From contig OZ316892.1 of the NCBI GenBank assembly GCA_973895155.1, forward strand, positions 6,493,251 through 6,557,250: DNA of 64,000 nucleotides, written 5' to 3'. A program made the translations under genes and the position numbers. Below, piece after piece: positions 53,726 to 64,000 of this stretch (positions within the stretch are counted from its first letter, which is position 1; every line of letters begins with the position of its first letter). Under the pieces are notes generated by a model. That model had not been told where the DNA came from, searched no databases, and saw only the letters and a list, made by a program, of their open reading frames with translations. The DNA comes from Marsupella aquatica. Taxonomy: Eukaryota; Plantae; Marchantiophyta.

Positions 53726-54626
53726 TCAAATGACTAGAAAGTTGAGTGAGAGCAAAAATGATTGGGAATCCTTTGCAAATAACATGAATAATATATTGGA
53801 AAAAATGACATGAGCAAATATAGGCATGTAGTATCTAAATTCTAAACCTTAAACCCTAGACCTATGCCCGAGAGTGTTATTTGGCAACCTTGCATGCCCC
53901 CATATAGACTCCAACATGTGAAATGTGAATACAGCTTAAGGAATGTAAACACTTCAGGAGTCCTTGGCATATATAGGAAAGATGTAATAAATGGGTGCAA
54001 GTATATATAAATATACATACTTATTAGAGATTATCAAGCCTTTAAGTTGTACATCAATTTAATGATGAGACTCACAACAAAAGAAGGCTTGTTAGGTCTC
54101 TAAATGTATTTCAAATCTAATATGTGAGTGCCACTAGTCTTTATATATACTACCATACGTTTTGGATGACTAATCATACCCTAAACCCTAAAACATATAC
54201 TAAACCATAAACCTCAAAATAGTCATATGTTGTTTATCATGTCATTTATCACTTTTGGTTTAAATGACTACTAACATTTTTAAACACTGATATTTGCATA
54301 TTTGATTTATTAGTCATTAGTCACCGTCGTCTGAAATGACTTCCCATATGTGAAACACTGATATGACAGAGTTTTTGTTAATTGTGTCATTCACAAAGAC
54401 TGTCCAAAATGACTACAACTCATGATTGCTGTCATTATAGCAGTCAAAGTCATTTGGCTCATTGGTTTAAATGACACTATTACAAGTATTAGTCATTTTT
54501 TGCACCCCGTCATTTTGGACAGTCATTTCAATGTCATTTATGTCATGTCATTTACATATTTTGTCATTTGAGCACATAAGTCATATGTGTCATAGTCATA
54601 AAAGGCCCCATTTTCTACTAGTGAAT

Positions 54627-55550
54627 GCCTTCGTGATGCTGGTTGGGGGATCTCCTAGTTGTGCTGCTATTGTCTCCCATTTTTGTAGTGCTGCATGTAG
54701 AGGGGCCATGTCCACTTCCCCTCCTTCGGAACGAACGACCTCTGCTAACCTGACTTCTTCTTGCCACTTTCGCGTTGCCTGCCAGGCTCGGACTTGTAGC
54801 TCTTCATCAAGCCACGCTGCCCAGACTTCAGGGAGAATTGAATCTGGGCATCCCTTCTCCTTGATCACCTCAGCTTCGCCTGGATCCTGCTTGAGGTAGG
54901 CTCACAGCTTGTCTCTCTCATGATTTCGCCGATCGCTTAGGTTCACTGATATCCTTTTGTTCAGAAACCTGTCATCCAAGAAATGCCCATTTGCAAATCT
55001 CTCTTTCACTTGCTCCCTGATGCTGAATTTCTCCCTCTCGGGCTGGGTGCCCCAGTACTGCGAAGGGTGGAAATTAGACCTTAGAACTTGCAACAATTGA
55101 CTGCAAAATAGATTCTAGCTTGAAGGTATTGGGGATCCTCCCTTGTTTAAGGCAAGCATAGGTCGCTTGGCCCTCTCCTCAGCTTTTTGCTTCTCCTCTT
55201 GAAGCTGTTTCTTCTCTGCAACCCTAGCTTCCTTTCTGAGCATTTTCTCTCGCTTCCTGGGAGAGAGGACATCCTGTGCAGCTGGCGCCGAAGCCCCTTT
55301 CTTCTCCTCTCTCCGCTTCTTCTTCTTCTCGTTCTCTGCCTCAACCCTAGCTGCCCATGCTCGTTCAGCCTCCTCCCTTGCTTTCTTGTGGGAGTCATCA
55401 ATCAAGAGTTGCATTAGCGGCACCACCTTGTCTGCATCCTCTGCCGAAAGTCCAGCCCGCAACTGAAACACCTCCCTCATGGTGTCTGAGAAAACCTGTG
55501 AAGGACCAGCTCCATCCCCACCACTTCCACTCTGCCCTCCATTCGCCATG
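54627..55550 (-). pseudogene. CACTA-B TnpA-like gene, 5' part (divergent from TnpD)
   Basis: Coiled-coil/Lys-rich N-terminus, then YWGTQ..VKERF..ISVNLSDRR..CPDSILPEVWAAWL, comparable to the A-family TnpA core; stops at 55115 and 54902. Confidence 0.65.
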
Positions 55551-56596
55551 GCCTCCCCCCGGTCCCCTCTAGCTTTGCTGTTCGACCTCGCTGCAAAAAC
55601 TAAAGAACATGCCAAATTTACCAACGAAAGAGTCTTGCGATTCGCGGCCCGACTATGTTGCCTTCGCATTATAGTCGGGTGCAACTTTTCTTTGTGACTT
55701 CCATTTTCGATGCTATAAATATGGGAACTTGTGTTACTTCAAACATCGGACATTGAATGGCAATTTCCCATACTTAAAACATCGGACCCCTCTTTGCAAA
55801 ACATCGGAAACTTACCAACTTTAATTTTCAGCATAGCTTTGATGTGCATTATATTATATGCCTTCAACCCATTGGATTATATTAGTTTAGGGTAAAAAAG
55901 ACATACACTAACATCTAATTTGCCATTTGTTTTCTACTCTTATTTGTAGCGGCAAAGTGGGAGGGGATGGAGGTCGTGCATGTAGTGGGAGATCGACCCC
56001 ACCAACGTTGTCAAAGCTCAATATTAGGCAACATTTTTTGGGGTAGTATGCATTATTTATTGTGGACATTTTCCGGTGCATGTTGTCTTTTTTTTATAGT
56101 TTTGGGATTCTAACATATCAACAATGTCTATTTAAGGCGTATGCAGTTTTGTTTTTGAAGGGGTCGTTGGGTTTAGGGTTTTGCAAACAATTAAATGCAT
56201 TATGCACCACGAGAGCCCATGCATCCGAAAGGTATGCTATGTCTTTGGAATTGGTTTATTGAAATCATTGCATATGTGTTGGTTTAAACTATAGTAGCCA
56301 CCCCATTTCAATGCATAGATGAGGTTTTGAATGTTTAGGGTTTAAAATGTTTGGGTTGGCAGTGAGTTCGGATATTGCCTCAAACTTCTAGTTTGACGCC
56401 AAGATCCTAGTAGGCACTACAAAGCACGGGTATCATACAAGTAAGTTCCATGACCCCCGCACATTATATGTACCTAGTCACTATGCTCTATTATATTTGC
56501 ATATGCACAACAAAATTTTGTAGACTTAGATGTTTTTTCATTCATAAAAACCCCATGATGACTAACTGAACCCCATCAATTGGCTTCATGTTACAG

Positions 56597-56821
56597 ATGT
56601 CGACTTCTGATAGTTCCATGTCAGATTCCGACTCCGACTCCTCCTCTGAGTCAGAGGGCGAGATTCATGTGCCTCCTCCTCCTCCACCTCCACTAGGGCC
56701 CATCCCTTGCTGGTGTGTGAGATGTAAGGGAATGGTTGTTCGCCAAACATACATCACTATTCAGCACATTGAGGACTATGGCAGACATGAGGGTGATTTG
56801 CCTGGGTATTTAGCGAGTCAG
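56597..56821 (+). CDS. CACTA-B TnpD exon 1: transposase-associated domain
   Basis: CWCVRCKG..IQHIEDYGRH matches CSCMECKG..RQHLLKYGRY of the A-family TnpD; ends CAG|GTACC in phase 0. Confidence 0.8.
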
Positions 56822-56970
56822 GTACCTTGTCCACACCTAATGCGCATCCCGGCCATCTGGTTGTTAGATTTTTATAGGTTTCACTATGTGTACATTTGTT
56901 TTGTAATGCATATGTAAGCATGTATTAATCTGGGTCTTAATTGCACTCTTCTTGGATATCTCATGAATAG

Positions 56971-57954
56971 GTGACACGTAGGCCTTCAACTCCACTACTC
57001 TCAAAAGAAGTGTGGATAGAGTCATTTTTGGCAACGGCAAAAAACATGCTTGCATCATCCTCTGCAGCCACGGCTCCAATTCCATCCGAGCCTACATTGA
57101 ATCTTCTTGAGAGTGGCCAGTGTCCACCTGAGAGGGTATTGGAGCCTATAGTTGAGCCTCATGAGGAGCCGCCTAGTCCACCAGTCAACCGGGTGCAGCC
57201 CAAACATGGTCAACCTACTAGGACACTACGCACAAGGCCACGGTCTCAAAGACGTAGACGACATTATGAGCCAATTGGTACAATAGAGCCTGGAGAGGAT
57301 GAACCTCAGGTTGGGAGGGCACCTAGAGGTGTAGATTGCATTATAGTTGAGGGCCGTTTTGGATTGTCATATGTCCATGGGAGGGCAGCTGAAATCTTGA
57401 AGGACTTCAGCTCTACAATTTTCAAATTTCCCTCTACCATTCCCTTGGAGCAACCGGTACACATATGGGGTTATTCGTGGATAATTAAACCCTCCTCTAT
57501 TGGACCTCACATTGGATATGGCTTATTTGCTGCCAAGGATATTTTGGTTCCTCAAAAACCTTGGCGGCGAGGGTTTGATGGGGTACATTTGTTCCCTTAC
57601 ATTGGTCCTGTATATTCCAGTAAGAATTGGAATATACTAGTGCGCCAACACCCGTCTTGGGCAGTGTATGCCCTTAGGATGGACTCAGACCCCGATGAGG
57701 TCTTCACAAGGCCTTGGCATTGTCGCATGATTGATGGTGATCCAGTGCGTAGTGACAACATAGCAGGTTACATCAATAGTACTCAAGGTAGAGGTAGACA
57801 GTTGGAGCCCAATGTAGAATGGGTTCAATGCTTTGGTCCACCACGAGAACCTTACTATGTAAAGCATATGGATGACCATATCATGACGGTAGCCATACGG
57901 GACATTAGAGCTGGTGAGGAGTTGTTGTGTGATTATGAATGGGAGGAACCCAAG
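56971..57954 (+). CDS. CACTA-B TnpD exon 2: Pro-rich linker plus SET domain
   Basis: IKPSSIG..GYGLFA.KDI; FPYIG; IDGD...SDNIAGYINS; PNVEW; AIRDIRAGEELLCDYEW; flanked by ATAG| and |GTTAAG, both phase 0. Confidence 0.88.
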
Positions 57955-58112
57955 GTTAAGATACGTCTTGAGGGTCCCCGATGACATGTACACCTATTTC
58001 ACTACACATGTGTATATATATTTGACTCTTCATTATCCACGACATTGTGTAATTATTTTGGATGGATCAATCAATAATAGTGTGATTTGTAATGTTGTTG
58101 CACATATGATAG

Positions 58113-61100
58113 GGCCGTTTTGTTGAGCCTGATTTTTCGGTGTTACCACGAGCTATGCGAGAACACCTTGTGGAGGCCATGGCCAATTGGCGCGAGCAAC
58201 ACCCAGACCACACACCACATGAGGAAGTAGATGGTCCACAAGACCGACTTGATGAGGAGAGAGCCATGGATGACCTGATGCATCAGTTTTATGACATAGG
58301 CAACGATGAGGGGGAAGAAGACATAGGCAACGATGAGGGGGAAGCTGTTCATCCACGGAGAAGGGCAATGACAAAGCAATGGGAGGAGGCTCAAGGGCAT
58401 GCACGAACAAGGATTTATGAGGGTTCTCGCTTATCACGTCTTTCCTCGATTCTGTTGTTGTTGAACTTGCAACAAAGACATGGGGCAAGCAACCTCCTAT
58501 TAGATGATCTATTTAGGACTTTGCATGATTGCATATTGCCAGAAGGGAACAACATGCCAGGGTCTTGGAAGGAGGCAAAGAAGGTATTGAAGTCCATTGG
58601 CCTGAATGAAGTCATTCATGCATGCAAGAATGATTGTGTTCTGTTTTGGGGGGAGCACGCCAATGCAATTACATGCCCTATTTGTGATAGCCCTCGATTT
58701 CGTGGGGACACACTAACCAAGAGGGTACCACATAAGGTGATGAGGCATTTCCCTCTTATTCCTCGCTTGCAGCATCAATATCGATGTGCTGAGTTGGCTG
58801 AGCACATGGTATGGCATGCACAACACCGTTCAGATCAGACATATGACCCTACTGCAGTCACGCGAATGATGGTTGATTCTCCCATGAACAGATTTGTGGA
58901 GGAGACATGGAGTGAGTTTAGAACTGACCCTCGACATGTTAGACTGGGATTGGCATCAGATGGCATTAGTCCATTTGCACTTGCGGGCAAGGCCAAGCCG
59001 TACTCAGTTTGGCCGGTGGTTCTTACAAACTACAACATTCCACCGTGGATGGCCATGAAAAAAGGACATCTACTTCTTTCCATGATCATCCCTGGTCCGA
59101 AGCAAGTTAAGAAAATTGATGTGTACTTCATTGATCAAGGAGCTACAAGAACTTTGGGCAGGAGTGGATTGTTATGATGGACGTCGGGTTACAAATGGCT
59201 TAGCTCGCCAATTTATGCTCAAGGGAATTCTTATGTGGACCATCCATGACCTTCCTGGTATGTACTCATCTTAGCTACTAGCCTTGGACATGTCTACAAA
59301 TTTATGTTGGGTGTACACTAATATACACAAGTGCATACTTGCATTATTTTACCAATAGTTATACATATATATATATATATATTTATTTATTTATTCTATA
59401 AATAATCCTAACTTGTAACTACAACATTTGGGGTTTTGTAGGATTTGGCTACGTGTCTGGTTTGCAAACTCAAGGATATAGAGCTTGCCCATCATGTGGA
59501 CCAGATTTGGAAGGGGTTGCACGACCAAAGTCCAAAACTTTGCGGAAGATTGTTTACCTTGGTCATACAAAGTATCTTCCACATGACCATCCATGGAGGT
59601 CTGACCCATTTCTGTATGACACAGATGAGGGCCAACCTGGCACTCGACCTCAACCTGTGAGAAAAGACCCACAATATTGGAAACAGGTATGGGAGAGAGT
59701 GCAAGACCCAGATGACCCATTGTTGTTGCCTAGATGTGGGATGAGCCGCTTATCAGCTTTGTCACAATTGCCATACTGGTCTCATATGCCCATCAACCAT
59801 TTGTTTGACCCTATGCACATTGAGGGGAATGTTGGCCGTTCTTTGATCCGACATCTATATGGTGAGAAGGACAACAACTGGAGAGAAAGTTGTGAGGAAA
59901 TGGGCATGCATGGCCTTTTGGGTTTTTGGCCATCATTGGAACCCCCAGGTGATCCTCAAACTGTCCACCCTCCTTGGGTGCTGACAAGAGAGGAACGAAC
60001 AGAGTTTCGCCGACGCATAGGATCAATGAGGTTTCCCACTGGCTATGGAGCAAATCTTTGCAAGGCATTTGGGGGAGCAGACTCTCCACTGTGGCCATCA
60101 TATTTGAAGACGCATGACTTCCATCGTTTGTTGCAGCATATCATTCCAGTGGCTATTATTGGGTTGGGTAGTGATGATTTGCGTGATGCCATTTGGTCTT
60201 TGGGTTGGCTTTTGAGATGGGTCTGTCAAAAGGAGGTAAGGGAAGATGAAATCCTTGCTATGGAAATATTTGGGGTGGAGGTGGTGTGTAAATTGGAAAG
60301 GGCACTTCCTCCTTCCCTTTTTGATGGCCAAGTTCATTTTCTGATTCACTTAGTGCATGAGGTGGCACTTGCAGGCCCAGTACATTGCCGTTGGATGTAT
60401 TGGGTTGAGCGTTACATGGGAGTCATGAAATCCTATGTTACAAATCGTGCTAGGGTGGAAGGTAGCATTGCGGAGCGTCATCTTGGAGCTGAAAGTATGT
60501 TCTATTGTACTAACATACTTGCCACACTTGACCCAAATGCACCAAGGGGGTGGATAGATGAGGCAACAAGGGAAGCCGATTATGAGGATGATAGGTTGAC
60601 CGGTGCATTGGGAGAACGAGTGTTAGGCTCTGCCGAGCATACACAACTCACAACATTTATGTTGTACAACTCTCCAGATGATGTAGAGGGATGGACCAAC
60701 TTTTATGAGGAGGAGAAGCAACAAAGCAGGAGACCACGTATTTTCCCAAAGTTCCTTCCGTACATGAGGTCCAAATTGGAGCATATTGACACCATGTTGA
60801 GAGAGGAACAACCAATAGCACAGTTTCCAATGGTGACAGATCGTCTTCGTACCATGGTTCATGGACCTTTACTTGTGGTGTCTACTCGGACAGCAATGTG
60901 GTCAAAGGGAAGGCATTTTCGAGTAAAACGCCTTGATGATAAGAGGGCAGCAACACAAGATTGTGGGATTATGGGTTGGTTTACCCAGGATTCACAAAGT
61001 AGCACATCTGACAGGAACCCCATCCGTTCATCCGTGGCCCACTATGGCAAGATAGAGGAATCTCGGGGGTTTCACTTCCACAAAAATGGCATATCACGTG

Positions 61101-61697
61101 CGACAAAGGATAGGGTCATATTATTGGTTCTAAGGGAAGACTTAAGAATTTTTGTAGAAGAACAATAGGGTCTTTTAAATTCAATTTTGAGACTTATAAG
61201 AATATTAGGGTCTTTTTAATCCAATTTTTAGAATATTCCAAGAATATTCCAACTTTATAGGGGTTAAAAAATTACAAAAATTTCTTACATTTTAGGGGGT
61301 CCAAGGCCTAAAAACGTCGCAGGCGATGGGGAGGTCCCCATATAGTGAGACCCCCGAGAGAGGAATCCCTACCATCAAATATCATGCTCAAGTTACTATG
61401 GAGGAGGTGGTGTTAAAGTGCAAATGGTTCAAGATGAACCTTGTTGGGCACAATAGGACTTGTGAAGAGGATCCCTGTGGTTTTACACGGTTGAAGACAG
61501 CTAGTGTTGTTAGCTCAAATTCGAGAACCTCGGACCCATTTGCATTCCCACATCATCTTGAGCAATGCTTCTACTTGCCATATCCTGATGATCCAGATTG
61601 GTCCATTGTGATGCCCTACATACCTCGGTCACGCTCTATCATCCAAGAGAAACCAGATGTAGTTGTTTTGGAACTTGTAGACCCAATTGACACATAG
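58113..61697 (+). pseudogene. CACTA-B TnpD exons 3-4 (Transposase_21, DUF4218, DUF4216)
   Basis: IHACKNDCVLF; RHVRLGLASDGISPF; WTIHDLPG|FG (intron 59258-59441); DPMHIEGN; LKTHDFH; GPVHCRWMYWVERY; KCKWF..DPF; frameshift near 59130 and MITE insertion. Confidence 0.95.
61062..61358. mobile_element. 297-bp MITE, copy 3
   Basis: Same TIRs; perfect 8-bp TSD AGAGGAAT (61054-61 and 61359-66). Confidence 0.97.
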
Positions 61698-61829
61698 TTC
61701 ACGCATACACCTAGACCTATGACCTTTTATGTTTTATTGCCTCTAGGCTCTCGGATTATATCATATTATGTTGTTGTTAATCAATCCTTGTAATAAACAG
61801 AGTGATTGAACACATCTTTCCCATACTAT

Positions 61830-62305
61830 TTCCGATGTCCAAAGCATTGGAAATTAATTGCACATGACTAAATGACTATCCTAGTTAGAGTCCGATAAAC
61901 AAACATTCGGAAACAACATGTCCGATGCAACAGTCATCGCACATTATTTCCCATTCTCACAGCATCGGATCCTATATCCGAAACTCTCATCATCGGACCC
62001 CCATCGGATTCCATGTCCGTTGCTTTCAGAAACGGACCACTTCCGATCACAAATCCTCCGCACATTATTTTCGTTGCAATACCCATCGGATATATGAAAA
62101 TATTTTTTGTTGGAGGGGTCCGATGTAATGTGTTACGGATACGATTCGTTGGGTTCCGCATCGGAGACGTTTCCGTAGCTGTTATTATCGGATATAACAA
62201 TGTCCGAACCCGAGAGTATGGCATATTGCGATGCGCTGAGTATGGGATGGTCCGATGTTCCAAGTATGGGATGCGGATTCTTCGCAAAAATGGAGCATCG
62301 GAAGT
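61830..62305. repeat. CACTA-B right subterminal TCCGAT/ATCGGA motif field
   Basis: Dense TCCGA/TCGGA motifs ending at the TIR. Confidence 0.8.
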
Positions 62306-62328
62306 GAGCATAATATGTAGTAGTGGTT

Positions 62329-62851
62329 CATGACTGTTGGTAGTGACTGTGGTGTATTATTTGAAGATAATACACCACAGGTGAGAGAAACTCGAAATTC
62401 TGGAGGAAGTTCTTGATGCTTGAAAGGGAAAGGAGTTCAAAAGAAAGGGTGTAGCCAGGACTCTAGTGCCCTCCCCAACCCAAAGAGGCCACGAGGTGTG
62501 GCAGTCAATGTGGCCACAATACCTGACAGTCCTAAATATGTGTGATGGATAGGACGAGTACAATGCATTCAGAGGAGGTATAATGGGAAAGTTGGTAGAA
62601 CAAGAGAAGCTGTGGATTTGCTTGATAGGCCTGGTGCTGATCAGGGAGTGAAAGTTCGATTTGATTGGTTTTCACGGGTGGGAAATAGCAGGCTAAAATT
62701 TGCGTACAATGTCTCCGATCCTGACTGGATTGACTTGGACTGTGTCATATCAGCAGTCACTTTATCAGTGAATCCTGGTTGTCCAAACGTCTTCCACCTG
62801 GATCAGGCAGATGCAGTTGTTCTGGATGATTTTGTCCAGACCCAAAAATGA
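62329..62851 (+). pseudogene. P-like transposase C-terminal part
   Basis: Continues in frame from 35608 (MFMTVGSDCGVLF), then frameshifted IGRVQCIQRR..DLLDRP..FAYNVSDPDWIDLDCVISAVTL..DDFVQTQK*. Confidence 0.7.
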
Positions 62852-64000
62852 TTTGGGTAAGCTCTAAAATTGTTTTCTGATGAATGATATTCATTGATTG
62901 CAGGGCAATCGAGTTGATGTACAAGCGAGTACGTACTGTAGCTATCTATGGTCTTCAATTCATATGCATGTGGAGAGGTTATAAATAGCATTTCATGTAC
63001 ATCTTTATGCCACAAGCAAAATGTAGTCTCCCCTAATTTGCATGTTCTGATGAGGGTTACTTGGCTTGCCTCAGGTGTCTTTGTTTGATTGTGTTCTGTA
63101 ACCTGGCCTGCAACAGACCGGGCAACAGACCCGACAACAATATGGTGTGTTCTAGACCCGGTTCTGAGGGAGCACAGTGAAACATCGAATATATGGATTG
63201 GATGTACCAATGCCCAAGCGGGGGCTGAAGCATGACCCCACTCCACGAAGAGAAATGTTGCCGAGGAGTGGGCCTAGTAGGAACGGGAGTAGGAAAGCTG
63301 GAGAGGGGGCTGGAGAGGGGGCTGGAGAGACTAGGAAGCCCGCTAGAAAGTTTCCTATTGTGATGTTAGCTAATGAAACAATCTGTCCCTCTAATTTCAA
63401 GGCGGACAGCGGTGAAGCCCAATGGATTTGCAGTGAGTGTGGTGATGAAAGTCTTTGTAATATTTGCTCTCAGTTTGCAGAAGTGAATGCTCCCATCCCA
63501 TATGGATGGAGCAACATTAAGAATCTGTGGCCCAGTAGGATGCCCGGTAGGATGTCTGGCACATTAGAGGCAGGAGTAGTGTTTGACTTCTCTGCCCTGT
63601 TAAGTGGAATACCGTGTGCAATGTCACCTCTAGCTGTTAGTGTCTTGTAGTGAGATTTCACTGGAATCGTTTGGAGAACTTTGATATGTAATCTAGTATA
63701 AATTAGCTGTCTAGTGACTTGTGTGCTAAAGTCCCAATGACTTTCACACATTGCCAAAAATTATATGGCAATATATTTGTTTAGTGTAAGTGCCATTAAC
63801 TGGCAGATCAAATAAAATGTGCACTCAGTATTGGATGTTTCACAAACTATTTTTTTTATAACAAATGAAGGGTATTTTAAATCCCAAAAATATGTGTGAT
63901 TATAATAACATAGGTAAATTTTATATAGGATTGAAAATTCTCTTTAGAACAAACAAGATATATTTTAATCTTCTTCCAAAATATAACTAGGGGTGCCTAG

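Larger units (their letters stand above)
37898..54623 (-). mobile_element. CACTA element A2, 16.7 kb, nested in CACTA-B
   Basis: Same TIRs as A1; TSD AAT (37895-97 and 54624-26). Confidence 0.97.
35609..62325. mobile_element. CACTA element B (about 9.7 kb after removing nested A2 and the MITE)
   Basis: TIRs CACTAGTACATTTT / AATATGTAGTAGTG; TSD GTT (35606-08 and 62326-28); removing it restores the host reading frame PTM-F-MTVGSDCG. Confidence 0.95.
8040..62900 (+). mobile_element. Large degenerate P-superfamily-like DNA transposon (host of the nest); termini not resolved
   Basis: Transposase gene can be followed across both CACTA insertions; 8048-8119 is homologous to the subterminal interior of the 8-bp-TSD MITE; boundaries are approximate. 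Confidence 0.55.

Noticed and set aside
54178-54195. CCCTAAACCCTAAA telomere-like repeats (also near 18352, 32457, 38631)
   Set aside because: Only 1-2 units; ordinary teloboxes, not an interstitial telomere
63177-63650. 157-aa ORF with CSEC..CNIC motifs
   Set aside because: Non-ATG start, overlapping antisense ORFs and no recognisable domain; may be 3' cargo of the P-like element but cannot be supported

Overview
Eukaryotic, intron-containing DNA, most likely a land plant (CACTA elements, GT-AG introns, AAACCCTA teloboxes); a bryophyte is plausible but is inference only. The window is almost entirely a nest of DNA transposons, resolved here by TIRs and TSDs. The outermost layer is a large, degenerate P-element-superfamily-like element (about 8.0 kb to beyond 62.9 kb). 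Its transposase gene is split by CACTA-A1 (17618-33024, TSD AGG) and CACTA-B (35609-62325, TSD GTT). CACTA-B in turn contains CACTA-A2 (37898-54623, TSD AAT). Three copies of a ~297-bp MITE with 8-bp TSDs sit inside three different elements. The main surprise is that each large transposon family carries a chromatin or nucleic-acid reader/writer module. CACTA-B has a SET-domain exon spliced in frame inside its TnpD transposase gene, between the transposase-associated domain and Transposase_21. Both CACTA-A copies carry an intact 232-aa EDM2/NSD-type multi-PHD-finger ORF. The P-like element carries a stand-alone RNase H1 hybrid-binding (Cauli_VI) domain ORF. The first 8 kb hold a second, eroded P-like transposase remnant and one apparently intact two-exon gene for a secreted SPH-like protein. 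All assignments come from motifs read by eye; no database searches were run.
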